NCBI GenBank assembly: GCA_013239625.1
Contig: MU053652.1
Coordinates: 5,137,902 to 5,201,901 of the forward strand
From: Lama guanicoe
Taxonomy: Eukaryota
Reading direction: 5' to 3'
DNA: 64,000 bases
Part shown: positions 27,310 to 41,599 of the stretch, one piece after another
How positions within the stretch are numbered: position 1 is the first letter of the stretch
Layout: each line of letters starts with the position of its first letter
Position numbers and translations under genes: made by a program
Notes under the pieces: generated by a model
The model's input: only the letters and a program-made list of their open reading frames with translations
The model's database searches: none
What the model was told of the DNA's origin: nothing

Positions 27310-27706
27310 GGTATGTATTCAACATGAAGAGTTATGAGAAATTCATGGCTTCCAACAACCTGAACATATTCTCTCACAGTTCAGGCCCAGAGTTTGAAAC
27401 TCTGCATGTTGACAGAGCCATGCTCCCTATAAAGGCTCAAAGGAAGACTCCTTCCTTGCCTCTTCCCAGCATCTGGAGGCCAGGGATGCCTGGCTTGCAG
27501 CTCCGTCACACCAGCCTCTACCTCTGAGTGCACCTGATCACCTTACAAGGATATTGTCATTGGATTTAGGGTCCAGCCTAATGAGGCATGACCTCATCCT
27601 AACAGATGATACCTACAAAGACTCTATGTCCAGATAACGCCACAGTCATAGGTTCTGTGTTAGAACTTTAACGTGTCTTCTGGAGGACACGATTCAACCC
27701 ACAATA
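27310..27706 (-). mobile_element. MaLR LTR (MLT1B/C-like)
   Basis: TTCTCTCACAGTTC...CCTTCCTTGCCTCTTCCCAGC...GTCATTGGATTTAGGGTCCA...GGACACGATTCAACCCACAATA. Confidence 0.85.
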
Positions 27707-30239
27707 GGGGAAAAACACCTACTAGTAAAATTCTCCTCAAGGGGGCAATAATGAGGGAGAGCAAGATGTCAATTACCATAGCAAGTAATATTTTCACTTC
27801 GAAATACACATTAGTGGCCATTGCACACCGAATCAAATAACACCTCAAAATAACTAAAAAAAATGCAAAACCTGGTTTCCTTTTCTCTTTTCCCAATTTG
27901 AGAATTATGTATGCAACAAACACCCCAGGATCCATAACTCCCTCTGATTAAGAATTTTCATTCTCAACTAAACTGCTTGGATTTGCGGAGCTGAGACTTT
28001 ACTTCTACAACCAGCAAGGAAAAAGTAAATAGGTAATTGAAAGCTTTTTTTTTTTTAAGTCAGAAGTGAATCTGCTACTAAGGGGTGTATTAATCTTGTT
28101 CTTTCAAGCTATGGTCATTACAAAGGTGTTTTACAATGTTTTATGTGTGTTTGTATACACACTTATTTACACATACACACACTACTGTTAGAGTTTACCC
28201 TTACATTCTTACATGGCTAAGAGTAAAGGATTTCACAACGGCTCAAACATTCTTACAGCAGTGTCAAAATGGCCCTCTTACATACTCTTAACATTTGTCA
28301 GCATTGATGTGATCAGAATAGAAACTGCGGGGATTTTTTTTTTTGATGATTTCTAATAAGCAAAATATGGTTAATATTTAGGACCTAGATCTGGTATAAG
28401 CAGATATCAGATCTAATACAGTCCATTTTTTCCTATCCTAAAAATTACCATCAATAAGGGAAAACACCCCAAAACACTATCAACACTACCCCACGTTTTA
28501 AAAGCACACATATAACAAAGAAGCCTCTCTAGAACTGAGGTCAAAGACCCACTATCTACGGTAAAGGTTCTGCAAGCATAGGAAAACATTCTTATAGAAT
28601 GGGTGAGGAAATGCTAAACCTTTGTATACATGGAAAAGGCCATGTATCTGAGGTACCTAAATCTCATTTTGACTAGTGAGGGATAGAAGACACATCCTCA
28701 AAGTCTCCTCTAAGTCTAAGTCTCTAAGATTCAAGGACACAGCTAATGCTCTTTCTTTTCTCCTGGTGAAGGTAAACAGCATTAAATCTAAATGAGTTTT
28801 CACTGAAATATATGCTCCACTCCCCTCTTCTAATGTCCCTCTGCATTGATTATATTTGTGAAGACTATGCTTCTAGTGCATTTAAATTAGACACCATCTT
28901 TTCCATCACCTGCAATTCTCAAATGTCACATAAACTCTGAAGCGTTGCATAAATTATCCAACGGGTAGGAACGCACCAATGATGAACAATGAATAGCACA
29001 TTTTTTAAAGCAAGTGGCCAGGCCAGAACCAAAAGAACTCAGGTGTTCCTAATACTTAAATTGCTAAGTATTTGGAATAAAGGAAGTCAAAAGGAATAGA
29101 GAGGATAGTGGGCATTAGAACCAAATGATAATGCATAATGGAGCTATTGTATTTAATTAAATCTAAGAGTCCACTTAAGATGCACTGTTTCATAATGCCA
29201 TTAAAAACAAAGCCCTCAGTTATGACTAAGTTTTATCCTGAAATCAGAGGTGTTAAAATTTGGGGATGCGGAGAGAGATATCTTTTAAGAATTAAGAAAT
29301 GTGGTATATTTCTAATAAGGTCAAGAAGGCAGGATGTATTTCATAAATGCAAAGATTTTTCATCTATCACAGTTGAAAAATCTTACTGGCAAATACTGCT
29401 TATAGCTATTCCTACCCCATACGTTCATTGCGCATCATTCACATCAAGTATAATCACTCATCCAGCTAGTGGATCTAAGATTAAGACTATATCATGCCAA
29501 CCATAGAGAAAAGAAGACAGAAGGCACCTAACTAGCTTACAGCTTGGCCAAGCATCACCCATCCAAATCACTTAACACCAATCTAGGGAAAATAAACTTA
29601 TATATGGTCCTTTGGGAAACCAACAGCATGTGCATGCCAAGTATTAGCCTGTGGCCCCTGAGCTGATCATTTTCTTTGCATTAACTCACAGTGAATAATG
29701 ATCAAAAGGCAATTGGCAGAGACACACAGCCCCCAGCTCTGTTTGATGCATGATCCTGTGACAACATGATGTGCATGAACCATTTCTCTTACACCACAAT
29801 ACTGAGTCCAGAGGTCAACCTGGTGCCTGGAAAAGATGCTGCACAGTGCCAGCTGTTTGGTGCTTCCATGCTGAATAGAGCTGCATTCTGACCAGACACA
29901 CACTTTAACCAGTAAGATATCAGCACATTTGTAAAGAAAACATTACCAAAAAGAACTCTGGCCACCAAAATTAAATTAGCACATACTCTTTTTTTTTTTA
30001 AATCTGCTTAAGTCATAATAAATAAGGGGCAGTTTTGCAGAAAGATGATAAAGCAACTACTGCATCTTATGTAATTAAGCAATAAGCATATAGAAGCAAT
30101 TAAGTGTATAGCATGAAATAGCAATAAGCATCCAGCACAACACAAATTACTCAACACATTCATTTCACTACATCTTTAATTGAAAGAACTGGTGACCTAG
30201 ATAAAGCATTGAATTGAAAAATCAAGAGAATTTAAACAG

Positions 30240-30500
30240 TAAGATGTGGTGGTTACAAGCACAGCCTTTGAGCCAGGCCTGGATTCTGTTCCCAAGGGTT
30301 CCACTTAACAGCTGTTTGACCTTGCACAAGGAACTTGACCTTTCTTTGCAAGCTCAGTTTCCTCACATGCAAAATAAAGCTAATAAAACCTTCACCTCAC
30401 AGGGCTTTGGCTTTGTGAGGAATCAATTAGTGCAGGAAAACTCTTACCCAGTGCCTGGCATAGGGGAAAAAGCACAAAACAGTACGAGGTATATGTCATT
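30240..30500 (+). mobile_element. MIR SINE, near full length
   Basis: GTGGTTACAAGCACAGCCTTTGAGCCAGGCCTGGATTC...CCACTTAACAGCTGTTTGACCTTGCACAAG...CTCAGTTTCCTCACATGCAAAAT...CAGTGCCTGGCATAG. Confidence 0.85.
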
Positions 30501-31421
30501 AGTACTAGTTACAGCACTATCTAGCTATGCATTTCCCAATCTTCAAACACCCTTGCTCTGATCTTGTTGGTTTTTTGCTTTTGTGCCTTTCCTAAAACAT
30601 GTCTGTTCTAGCTTGTTTTATCTGTATTTTATCTCGACTCAACCCATCACCCCCATCTACTTTTGGAAACACCTCTGTAACTAATATGACACCAAAAAAT
30701 GTTTCAGTTCTACACATCTGCTAAAAAAAAAAATCTGAGCAATGAATGAATGAAGCATAAATGAACCTAATTCTGTGGGCTTGCGAGCCAGTATTCACTG
30801 CCTGGCATCCTGCACTCTGATGAAGGTAAGGAGCATAAAGCTGAGAGGCCAGGAGGGCCAGAAGCGGGAAGAGGTCCCAAAGCATTTCCATTTCCCTCCA
30901 TTCAGAAGGATGCTGCTACATAAATGCTTCAACTCAAAGGAGACACTAATGTGCTTCGGTGGAATTCTGCCAGTCTGACCCATAAATATCCTTATCACGA
31001 AGAGTCAAAAACTGTTTAATTCATTACAGGCTGAGAGTTGAAAAAGCAAGAGAGGATTAAGCAATGCACACTGCAGTAGTGGGCTACAAAAGGGCAGTGT
31101 TCCAGTTAATATAGCTGCCTTTGTGATAGAAAAGGAATAAGACACAAGATACATACATACGGAATTCCATATTTAAAATATACCTATATACCAAAAAAAT
31201 TATTTTTAAGTCTGCCAACATTATATAAGTAAAAGGAAAGACATTTCAAAGAACCCTACTCAGGAACAAGATGCATGGAATGACTAGAGCTGGACAACGA
31301 ATATAAGCTGGTCAGAATATACCTAATAAAAGAGATACCAGGGGGAGCTGCCAAAAAGGTAATCAGAATTAACCGGATCTGTTGTTAGAAAGAAGCCAAA
31401 AGAGCCCTCCAAATTCAGCAA

Positions 31422-31564
31422 AAGGAGAGTGGGTATAGCTCAGTGGTAGAGCATATGCTTAGCATGCACAAGGTCCTGGGTTCAATCCCTAGTACCACCA
31501 TTAAAAAAGAAAGGGAGAAAGGAAGGAAGGGAGAAAGGAAGGAAGGGAGAAAGGAAGAAAAAAG
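31422..31564 (+). mobile_element. tRNA-Ala-derived SINE (vic-1-like) with TSD and purine-repeat tail
   Basis: GGGTATAGCTCAGTGGTAGAGCATATGCTTAGCATGCACAAGGTCCTGGGTTCAATCCCTAGTACCACCA. TSD AATTCAGCAA at 31412-31421 and 31565-31574. Confidence 0.92.
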
Positions 31565-32289
31565 AATTCAGCAATAACTCAGTATCCTAGGTAGGAAGTC
31601 ACCCTATAATGGCACAAAGACTGCAAGAAAGCGGGACAAACATGTTGACATCTTGACATCGACAAGGGAGGGCAAACTTTCCTGACCTAGGCAGGCAGCC
31701 CACCTTTCTGAAAAAGCCGTTTAGTAGTTTAATACTGCCACTTCTTCAAAAACAGTCTACCTAATGCTTCTGGGCCTCTTGAAACCAACCTAAGCCCTCC
31801 CTCTTGACCACTGTGAGCTGTGGGTCTGCAGCTGACACATTACCTCAGCAATATCAAGACCCTGTCTGTCCCCATTTCATTCGGTTTCCTCATACCTACA
31901 TGAATCTTAGAAACTCCTCACAGCTCCAGAGGGGCAATGAAGACACAGAGTTTGGCTCAGATGCATATTTAACTTACTGGTATATAACCGTATTCTCTCA
32001 GAGAGAAAAAAAGGGGTCAAATAGAATGCAGGTATAGATATAACTTCAGATACTGATGTCTATCCATCCCTGTTTCCTCTCAATTCCACTCAGAGAAAGG
32101 ACTTGATTTTAAACTGGTCCAGTCCTAGACAATGCATCTGAGCATCCTAAAGCACTTCTTTCTATGCAAAATGAGGGATTTAAGGGTAATTTTCACTATA
32201 CTCAATCTTTATTATCATACCTGAGACTCTAGTCCCCAATAAGATATAACTCCACTGTAATTTGTCCTTCTGATATTCAATTAAAAAAA

Positions 32290-32967
32290 AAAACAGTATG
32301 GAGATTCCTCAAAAGACTAAAAACAGACTTACCATATGATCTAGCAATCCCGCTCCTGGGCATACATCCAGGGGAACCTTAGTCCAAAAAGGTTCATGCA
32401 CCCCCAGGTTCACAGCCACACTATTTACAATAGCCAAGACATGGAAACAACCTAAATATCCATCAACAGATGACTGGATAAAGAAGTTGTGGTATATTTC
32501 TACAACGGAATACTACTCAGCCATGAAAATAAAAATAGTGCCATTTGCAGCAAAATGGATGGACCTGGAGGCTGTCATTCTAAGTGAAATAAGCCAGAAA
32601 GAGAAAGAAAAATACCATATGGTATCACTTACATGTGGAGTCTCAAAAAAAAAACTTATTTACAAAACAGAAGCAGACTCTCAGACATAGAGAACAAACT
32701 TGTGGTTACCAAGGAGGAGTGGGGTGGGAGGGAATAAATTGGGAGTTTGAAATTTGAAGATACTAACTGACATATAGAACAGATAAACAAGTTCATACTG
32801 TATACCACAGGGAACTATATTCAACATCTTGTAGTAAGTTATGATGAAAAAGAATATGAAAACGAATATATGCATGTTCATGTATGACTGAAGCATTGTG
32901 CTGTACATCAGAAACTGACACAACATTGTAAACTGACTATATTTTAATTAAAAAATTAAAAAAAAAA
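32290..32967 (+). mobile_element. 5'-truncated L1, relatively well preserved 3' end (lineage-specific type)
   Basis: ORF 32487-32690 (WYISTTEYYSAMK...PFAAKWMDLEAVILSEISQKEKEKYHMVSLTCG) is the L1 ORF2 C-terminus and adjacent region, followed by a 3' UTR and A tail. Confidence 0.93.
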
Positions 32968-33254
32968 CATACAGAACTCCCCTATATAAAGTTTGCAATC
33001 AGAGAAAAACTGGTCTTCCAGCCACGCGAATGCTCAAAGACGATGCTCATCGCCTGGAAACGTTTAGTTTTATCCTTTCATTTAAAATTACTCCTCAAAT
33101 ATCAAAAACATTAAAAAAAACCAACCCTCTGTTCTGCAGTAATCCCCATGATTCCAATCAGATAGCTACATTGTCAAGGTCTTAACCTTAAGACAAGATA
33201 TTATGGACTGCAGATCAGATGAAGATGTCACCGGTTCAAATCTGAGTGCCCTGT

Positions 33255-33300
33255 CACACACACACACACACACACGCACACACACACACACACACACACA
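33255..33300. repeat. Microsatellite (CA)10 CG (CA)12
   Basis: Read directly from the sequence. Confidence 0.97.
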
Positions 33301-36300
33301 GGTTATGAGCATAGGTGACAAAGCAAATTGGGGGATCATTCTGTCACTGAGCATACCCAGGACAGTTATGTGCCTCTCTGATGCCTGTGTAATCCTCTAG
33401 TACTAGAAGTATGCTCAGCCTCACAAGCTTGTTATCAGGGAAAACTGATACAAAACAGTTAGGGACTGAGAGAATGAGCAATGAACAAGGCAAAAAATTA
33501 GACAGTGAAAGGACAGATTTTTATTAAAATCAGAGGACAGATACATTGACCCTATTAAGGAAAGATGAAGGCTGACAGGCTGCTAATGAGGTGCTGAGAT
33601 AAATGAAGCAGCCCATCGCAGACAACTATTCTAGTTCAATCCATGAACCAGGATTATGCTTTGGCATGTTCACTTATTCAGCCTAGTTTTACCAGAAAAT
33701 CCTCTTCCATGTTGTTCCTTGAGACTATGTATGGAAGAAAAGGGTCTGAAGAGGCTGAATGCCCTAGAAATTAGGTTTCAGGTACAGCCTGGTCTGCAGT
33801 CAATGGCAGACTGTGTTTATTGCCCTTCCCCCTTTCACACCAAAACCAAAGCCTGTGGTTGCAAATTTTGAAGGCAATTCCAAACATAACACTGATAAAC
33901 CATATACATGTGACTTTACTCTGCCCCAAAATATACTCAGATTACAGAATTAAAGGAAATAAAAGAATGAGAGAAAAAAACGAAGTGGCTGGCACTAAGA
34001 ACCCTATATGCCAGTTTCACCCAGAATTTGTGTCTTCTTGGTCTCCAGCATTGATCACTGAAGGTAGCTAATAGATTTGTTAGAATCATTATTAGAACCT
34101 AAGAATTATTAGAACCTCATTAACAGAGTCCAATTACAGAGAGAAAACCAAGCTCTTTTAGCTGAATATTCATACCAATGGGAAAAAATAGAGCCTTCTT
34201 AATCACTTTCATTATCAAAACAGACTCCCTGCTGGAGCCTTTTAATTGGAAGTCTACCATTTTAAAGGCATTTGCATTTTATCAAACTATATTGACAGGG
34301 CTAATAGAAAGAGCTTCTAGCTCCTAGCTTCACATCTCCCAAATATGTGATGACATCTGTAGTGATCCACTGAAAAATAAAACAGAAAGACCAGGATAGG
34401 AAGCGAGGCCTCCAGCACACGAGCATCTGGCTGGAAATCTCACCACGCTGGCCACCAGCCTTTTCCCCCTCATCTTTTTTATGCTAACAGACGGAAGGAA
34501 TAATAAGGATGCAAGGGACCAGCATCACATCTAGTTTCACAATGAAATGTCCCAAAGATAAAGCGATGTCATTTACTAACAAATGAACAAAAATCAGAAG
34601 CAGTATTGATGTGTATGAGAAGATGAAAAGGTTTACATACTAGACATTTTCTACCGGAGATAGATCTCTCTCTCTCCCTTTCTCTCTTACACTCTCGAAA
34701 TGCGTAGGGTGCCACAATGTTATTGCCATGAGCTATATTTTGTTATTTATAGAGGCCATAAAAGTACACAGCACTTTACAAACCACAGAACATAGGCACT
34801 AGAGCCTGGAGGAACTCAGCCTAAATTAGACAGGGACAGAGTGGTGAGGAAAACAGGGAAATATTTACTTGCACCCAAATTTTGGCAAGAATAATTCTGG
34901 GAGGCAGTAAGAAAGGGACTATTAGCAGTTATCTGCAGAAGGAGAGTTCACAAACCACAATCAACCCATCAGTAAATCCAAAGCCTTAATTCTTGAAGGC
35001 AAAGAGTCAAGATCATCATAGCAACTCTACAGCAATTCCCACCTCTGGCATTAAACATGAATTTTAGTTTTCTCGTCATAGGATGCCAAATTCATTCAAA
35101 TGATATTAAAATGTGAATGCTGAACAAACATCGAAATACTCAGGAGAGAAGAAAAGAAAAATAAAACAAAAAATGATCTTTTGGTCCAGGTGAACTGCCA
35201 ACCTAAATTAAGTTCAGCCCTTACAAGTGATAGTTACAGAATTTGCATCAACTAAGTGAGTCATCAAGTCCTTTATCCTCCTAGGTAAGTGGAAGTTCTG
35301 GGCTTCTAAAATGTTTATAAAGTATCTTCTAAGAGACACAGACCTAAAACACAGGAAATTCTCTCCATTGAGAGAATACACAAAAAGTTGTATTCCCAGA
35401 CATTCACAATGTACCCCACCAACTCAATGAGCCACAGCTCAGAAAGGTCTCAATCTTGAAATGTTTAAGGATTTTAAGTTTGGACCTCATTGTGTTCTCT
35501 TCACTTGCCAGAGATTCAGCACAATGGACAATTTATAGTATTGAGTTTTGCTACAGAAGACTTAAGGGCTGTCACACAATTTTGTGATGTATTATTCCCA
35601 TCCTGCAGGGAACTTGAAGGACCTTCTCAAATACCCAGTAGGTATCTGGCAAAGACACAAGCCAGGCCATCAGAATACCAATCACAAATACTTTGACCTC
35701 TATTTCAACATAATACCATAACTACCTAAAACTAGCCAGGTTCATTTCTCTAAACGCAAACCAAAAGTGCTAGGTAGTTGATTATCAAATAGAAATTAGA
35801 AGTAACCTAAGGAATCCTTCAACCTCTGAGGTCACTGAGGATATACACAACAAAGTTTCTTGTACTACTTTTATATAAAGTACCAGACAGTCCAATGTGT
35901 TCTTGGTGTGTTCTTAGGTATCATTTGCAGTCAATATTGAAAAGAATCACCTAACTGATTCTGATGGTCTTTTCATAAATTTCTCTTTAGCCTCCCAAAA
36001 AAGCATATTACCAATTCACTGCAAAAAATCAGACTTTAATCTCCTCCCATTTATTAACAGTGACACCAGCCCCCTTTTCTATTCAACGGGGAAACCATCT
36101 GCAATAGTTCTGCCCGATTTCTCCTGGAATTTTAGCTTCGACTGCCTAGTTTCTGAACCCTCAGCAATGGGAGCAATTTACCTCGATCGACTTCACCAGT
36201 CACTGTTGCAATTTAGCTAAGACATTTCCCAGGGGCCTATTAGAAAAGGTTCCAATTTGAAAAACTCACATCTGATCCTACAAACTGGTCCTGGAAACAT

Positions 36301-37079
36301 AATTTGGTACCAGCTTACAATTTTTTCCCCCTAATCCTAAATCCTTCTCTTTGATACAGGAAATGTTAACAAGGAAATGAGAATTTTTGAGAATTCTCAA
36401 ATACACAAACATTAAAAGACAATCTGACAAAACCACAGCCGGCTCTATGCATGTCAAGGTTCTGCTTTGGTCTGGTCTTGTTATTTGACTCTACATCAAG
36501 CAAACGGAAGATGGTGGCCCAGGGCAGAGGAAGCCTTCGGTGGCATCTGCAATACAGCAACATCAGAAAACTAATGAGGATGTGAAATTCCTTCCAGAGT
36601 TAAGGACCATGAACAGCCAAATCGCTCTATTAAAGTACTTCAGACACACACACAGAGCACCTACTCAATGGAACTAACCAAAAGAAACGTGGAAATGCAC
36701 ATTATGCAGGAATAGGCAAAAAGGTGAGAGAGAGCTCCTCTAGCAAAAGAAATCAAAGACTTTAACATCAATATGTAAAAAAATCAGCCTCTACCTTCAT
36801 TACTGTTGTCAAAGTCATAGTATTCAGACTGGAATTAACATAATAATCAGATTAGGAATTAAGTTTTATTGTAGAAATAATTCTATCATTATTTGAAATT
36901 AGACCGAATAGGCCTTGACAGTGTATTTTAGTAGGTCTCAATCTGTGCTTTTCTAGAACACTGGCACTTCTGAATCAGTGTAGAAAGAGTCATCACCACT
37001 AAAAATAGTATTATCAAAAATTCAAAGTTAGTAAATAGAATACTCTCAACTTGGGATTTTTGTCCGTAAGTTTTTCTTT

Positions 37080-37211
37080 TTCTTTTTTTTTAATTTGGGA
37101 GGAGGGTGAATAGGTTTGTGCTTGTTTATTTTAATGGAAGTACTGGGGATTGAACCCAGAACCTTGTGCATGCTAAGCACACACAATACCACTGACCTAT
37201 ACCTTCCCCCC
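37080..37211 (-). mobile_element. tRNA-Ala-derived SINE (vic-1-like) with TSD
   Basis: + strand TACTGGGGATTGAACCCAGAACCTTGTGCATGCTAAGCAC...CCACTGACCTATACC. TSD TAAGTTTTTCTTT at 37067-37079 and 37213-37225. Confidence 0.92.
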
Positions 37212-37892
37212 ATAAGTTTTTCTTTGATAAAAAATATTTGCTATCAAATGTCAAACAACAATAAATCAATGAACCAATATTAAGTTAACATCATTATTAC
37301 TATTAATTAACAGGATGCATCTTTTGGTGCACACATATGCTTGATTTTATGTAACTTACAGATAATGTGTTTCCTGCCTGGAGCGTCATCCCATACCAAA
37401 GTGATGGCATTGAATACTCCTACATTCCATGAGTTCTAGGAGGTATGCCACCTGAACCTGTTTGAGAGCCAGTGCTACATTTATGAAACGTAATGGTGGC
37501 AGGGTCCCAAACGTTCAGAAAAACAGCTCATGTTAGATACTAGATACTAAATAAGGGATGCAGGGGATACACAATTTTAGATGCAGTACTTCTGTTCTCT
37601 GACAAAGGGGGCAGCCCCAAATTCCAGGATTTCTTATCTTCCATAAGTATAATTAGAGAACATATCTGCTCTTTCCAGCTAGTACTTTCATCCAAGCTTC
37701 AACTGTAAGTGAAAAGAGTAAGAGGATTGCCAGAAGAATACTGATTCACAGTTGATACCTTTTCCTTATCAACAACAGTACTATCCACAATCTATAGCCA
37801 TGCACACTTCAAGCCAAAAGGTTTCTACAAGATTCAGCGCATATACTGTATGTGATTTACAATGTCACTTTTGAAATACTGTTGTTTTAGAG

Positions 37893-38308
37893 CAGCAGTT
37901 CTCAAAATGTAGACCAAAGGCCCTTGGCTCCTCTCTTTCCCTGCCTTTCCAACTACTTACGTGTGAGGCTAGAGTTCCTTCAAAAATTTCAACCAAAATA
38001 ACCCATCAAAACAAAGAAAATGCAGAAGCAGTTAAGATTCCAGCTGTCTTCTATTAAGCCACACATTAAACAGATCTGCATAAAAAATAATGTGTCACTC
38101 TTCTCATTTTTTGGAAAAGTTATTTTTGTTAAAAACTTATTTAATAGATAATGGGCTTCTTATTAATGAGTTAAATATTTTTAAATGTCTGCTTTCATTG
38201 CTGATATAGGATGTGGCAATAGATCTACATAAACAAAAGCTCTTTGGGTCCTCAATAAACTTTAATATATAGGAGGAGCCTTCAAAACAAAAAGGTTGAG
38301 AACCACTT
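37893..38308. mobile_element. hAT-Charlie DNA transposon (Charlie1-like internal-deletion derivative)
   Basis: Inverted termini CAGCAGTTCTCAAA and GTTGAGAACCACT, approximate 8-bp TSD TTTTAGAG / TTCCAGAG, and internal AATGCAGAAGCAG...CCAGCTGTCTTCTATTAAGCC. Confidence 0.8.
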
Positions 38309-39233
38309 TTTCCAGAGGAACTCTGAAGAAAAACTAGTTACTGACAGCATAAGACAGGCTCAATGCAGGTGAGCCTTAATGTGAGGCTCCTCCATCAGGA
38401 GAGTCATTTATATACACACAAATTTGGTAAAAAAAGAATTCCTTCAGGGAAGTCAAAATGAAAAACATTCACTTTACTCTTTATCCAAACAATTGTTTAA
38501 CCCTGATCTAGAAACAATTCCCCTTCAGTCTTACCGCATGTTCAGGTTTTGCGTACAATTATGCTAGTGCAGAGAGAATGATCTTTGCCTTTCTGATCTC
38601 TTAACATTGCAGCCCACTAAACTTCCTAGTAGTAATATAATCTTTTAAGTTTTGGTAGAGAATTAGAATGCATAGTTATATACAAATGTAAAAATTCACC
38701 AAGCTGTACACTAAAAACCGTAATTCAATTTATGAAATTTTAATGGATCATTGATATTCAAGAATTTACTTAAGCTAGCCTCTATGTCTGGCTATTTTAG
38801 GGTATTTCTACTTTTTTTCTGAGCCATCGTGCTACAGTGAACATCCTCAGACACAAAGCTTGGCTCTTCCTTTAAATCCTTTCCTTAAATAGAGCTTTAA
38901 GAGGGTGACAACTCTGATAAAGATTATGCACATTTTATGAAGCCACCCACATCTTGAGCCAGTCTGACTGTTTGGTCCCAACAGCAAAGGATATTATGCC
39001 ATTGCATATCCAATTTTCTTTCACAATTATTTCTTGAAAATAAAGAGGATTTTACAAACTTGAAACAGCCATAAGTTCAGTTTAGAAGTTGCTTAAGAGT
39101 GTCAAGCCTCCTGTGGAGGAGAGTCAGCTCCTATGTCAGCCTGACGTGGGGCTCAGTGTGAGCTGTAGACAGAGTCTAAGTCTAAGGCAGTCTTCTCTCT
39201 GCCAGACCAAGCTACCTGGTACTTCTAGGTTAC

Positions 39234-39601
39234 AGTTATGAGATAAGATGTTTCCCCCAAATTCATATGGTGAACCTCAGAATGTGACTGTATTCGGAGA
39301 CAGGCCCTTTTAGGAGGTAATTAAGTGAACTAAGAGTACCAGAGTGAGCACTCCTCAAATGTGACTGGTGCCCTTGTAAGAGGTGAACAGGACAGAGACA
39401 CCAGGCTCATCCGCATACAAAGGGATGACCGTATGAAGAGGAATCAGGAGGGTGGCCGCCTGCAAGCTAAGGAGAGGGGCCTCAGAAACCCCCTCATAAC
39501 CACTTTGGATCTGGGACTCCAGGGCTGAAGAACTGTGAGAAAATGAATTTATTATTTAAACCATTTAGTCTGTGATACGTTATGGCAGCCTTACTAATCC
39601 A
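39234..39601 (+). mobile_element. MaLR LTR (MLT1A/B-like)
   Basis: CCCCCAAATTCATATG...CCTCAGAATGTGACTGTATTCGGAGACAGG...CTGCAAGCTAAGGAGAGGGGCCTCAG...GAACTGTGAGAAAAT...TTATGGCAGCC. Confidence 0.85.
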
Positions 39602-41599
39602 GTTACCACTCTGACCCTAAGGACATTTCCATGCTCTTCCTGATCTACTCCAAACCTTTCCATTTACAGATAATGGTATCAAGCTCTATGTGGTTAGTTT
39701 TCACCTGTGGCTAAACAGCAAGCAAGTGGAAGGTCAAGGTAGAGAATCTAGATCTCTTCTCACCCCAAAACTCCTTGTGCCACACAATTATAAGAGTCCT
39801 AGATATTTCTAAGCATCAATACCAAAGGCCTACAATTCAATCTTAAGCCAATTTCTGGAACACAGTTCCTGAGGATGGTCAAAAACAGCCAGTAGTTTTG
39901 AGCAATATATCCAGGTACAAGCCTTGCAGATATGCTACCACCATACCGGCTACACAAAAGCTGTGCCTTCAGAGAAAAACTGAAATAGAGTAAGTTTTTA
40001 AAGACACAAGGTCTTCAAACAAGTAAAACGAAGGACTCATTTTTGGAAGGGGATGAAGCTAATTCTAACAGCTTTCAGGGGAAAATGGATGTTAAGAATA
40101 AGGTCAAATGATCAGTAAGACCAGATAGATGCTAGTTTTGAACGATGGATGAAGACATTCAATCAAAATCGAAACTTTTAGTCTTTAACTTTGAGAACCT
40201 GTAAGAATGGAAGAGACTTCTGAGTGGTACAGGAACAGTTTAAACATGACTATGTGTTTATTTTAGATGTCTATGTCTCTGTAAATCATCTGTCCTTAGC
40301 ATGTTAAGTATTTTCGTTTAGCTTTCCTCCCTGAATTGACACTTTCTCAGCTAAACGAGTAAGTAAAATAAAAAGAACCCCAGTGTATCAGATGAGCTGG
40401 TGGCCAGAGCTCTCCCACCTTGAAATTCACTACAAATAATCAACAAAATTGCAGCTAGCATTAGTTATTAACCCCTCAACTCTAGGGATTTGTTTTATAA
40501 AGGAATTTGCATATAAATATTAAGAGCATTTTCCTCCACCAAATCCTTCACCCCTCACAAAAAAAGAAATTCATTTGAGTTTCGGAATGATTACCTTAGT
40601 TCAAGTAAGGGAAGCTGTGTTGTAATTAGAGGCAGGCAAAATGCTCAAGTTCCTCACCATGCTAATCTTATACTTGATGGCCAAAATGGTAGTAGTAGGT
40701 GGCCTAGAAAACCATATGGAGATAAGATGGAAACTGTGATTTCCAAAAGTCCTCATTAAGGAATATATGGAGAGTAACCACATGAAATCTATCTTTGAAC
40801 TCTTTATACACTTTGAAATGTGCTCTAAAAATTATATTGTGCTATAAACTGAAATTGCGATGATGAATAAATTTGTTCAGAATACAGTTTGCAATTATAA
40901 TGCAGTTTCTAGTTCATCAAGTCCATATTCTTATAATACCAGCAATTAGTAAATGCCTGGACATGTATTAGGGTCTCAGTGCTTGAAGGTATGAAGAAAC
41001 AAGCAAAGGAGGAAACTGCTAGACAAAAAGCTAGTGCTTAAGAACTACTGTATATAGAGATATAATTAGGTTAAAATCTTGCAGAGGCTTGTCCCTTAAT
41101 AGCAAAAAGATAGAATGGCAAAACATAGCAGAGAGGTGTCTTTTGAGACTCTTAAATGAAAGTTATACATTAACCTCCTGACTAATTTTTCGTATTGTCA
41201 TGTATATACATAGATGATGGTTCTAGGCAAAGCTAGGAAAGTTCAAAATTAATAGTGTTAAAGTCAAACAAATACTTTCCCCTTAATTAGTTATCAATAG
41301 GTGATCAGATTTCTCCGGAAAGCAAAAAAAAAAAAAAAAAGTGCTTGTTAAATAAATGTCTCATGCATTATCTTATTGAACCCCATTTACTACACAGCAA
41401 TCAAGAAAAATCAGCATTATAATGCCCACCTTACTGACTCAAAAGCATTTAAATTTAGTTACCCTCTTAATGTCTCACAGCTAGTGGTGGGCTGGTCTCA
41501 GACAGCAACTAGCCCAATCTTTTTCAAGTCCTTTTCCATTCAGCATCAGGTCTCTCGAGTAATAAATAAGCAGGACATATTAATGAGGCTATAAAGTCA

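Noticed and set aside
28386..28415. Short hairpin TAGATCTGGTAT...ATATCAGATCTA (and a similar one at 12622-12639)
   Set aside because: Too short for a pre-miRNA and expected by chance in 64 kb.
31428..31500. Apparent tRNA-Ala(AGC) gene ending in CCA
   Set aside because: It has an A-rich tail, a TSD and four diverged relatives in the window, so it is a SINE rather than a tRNA gene.
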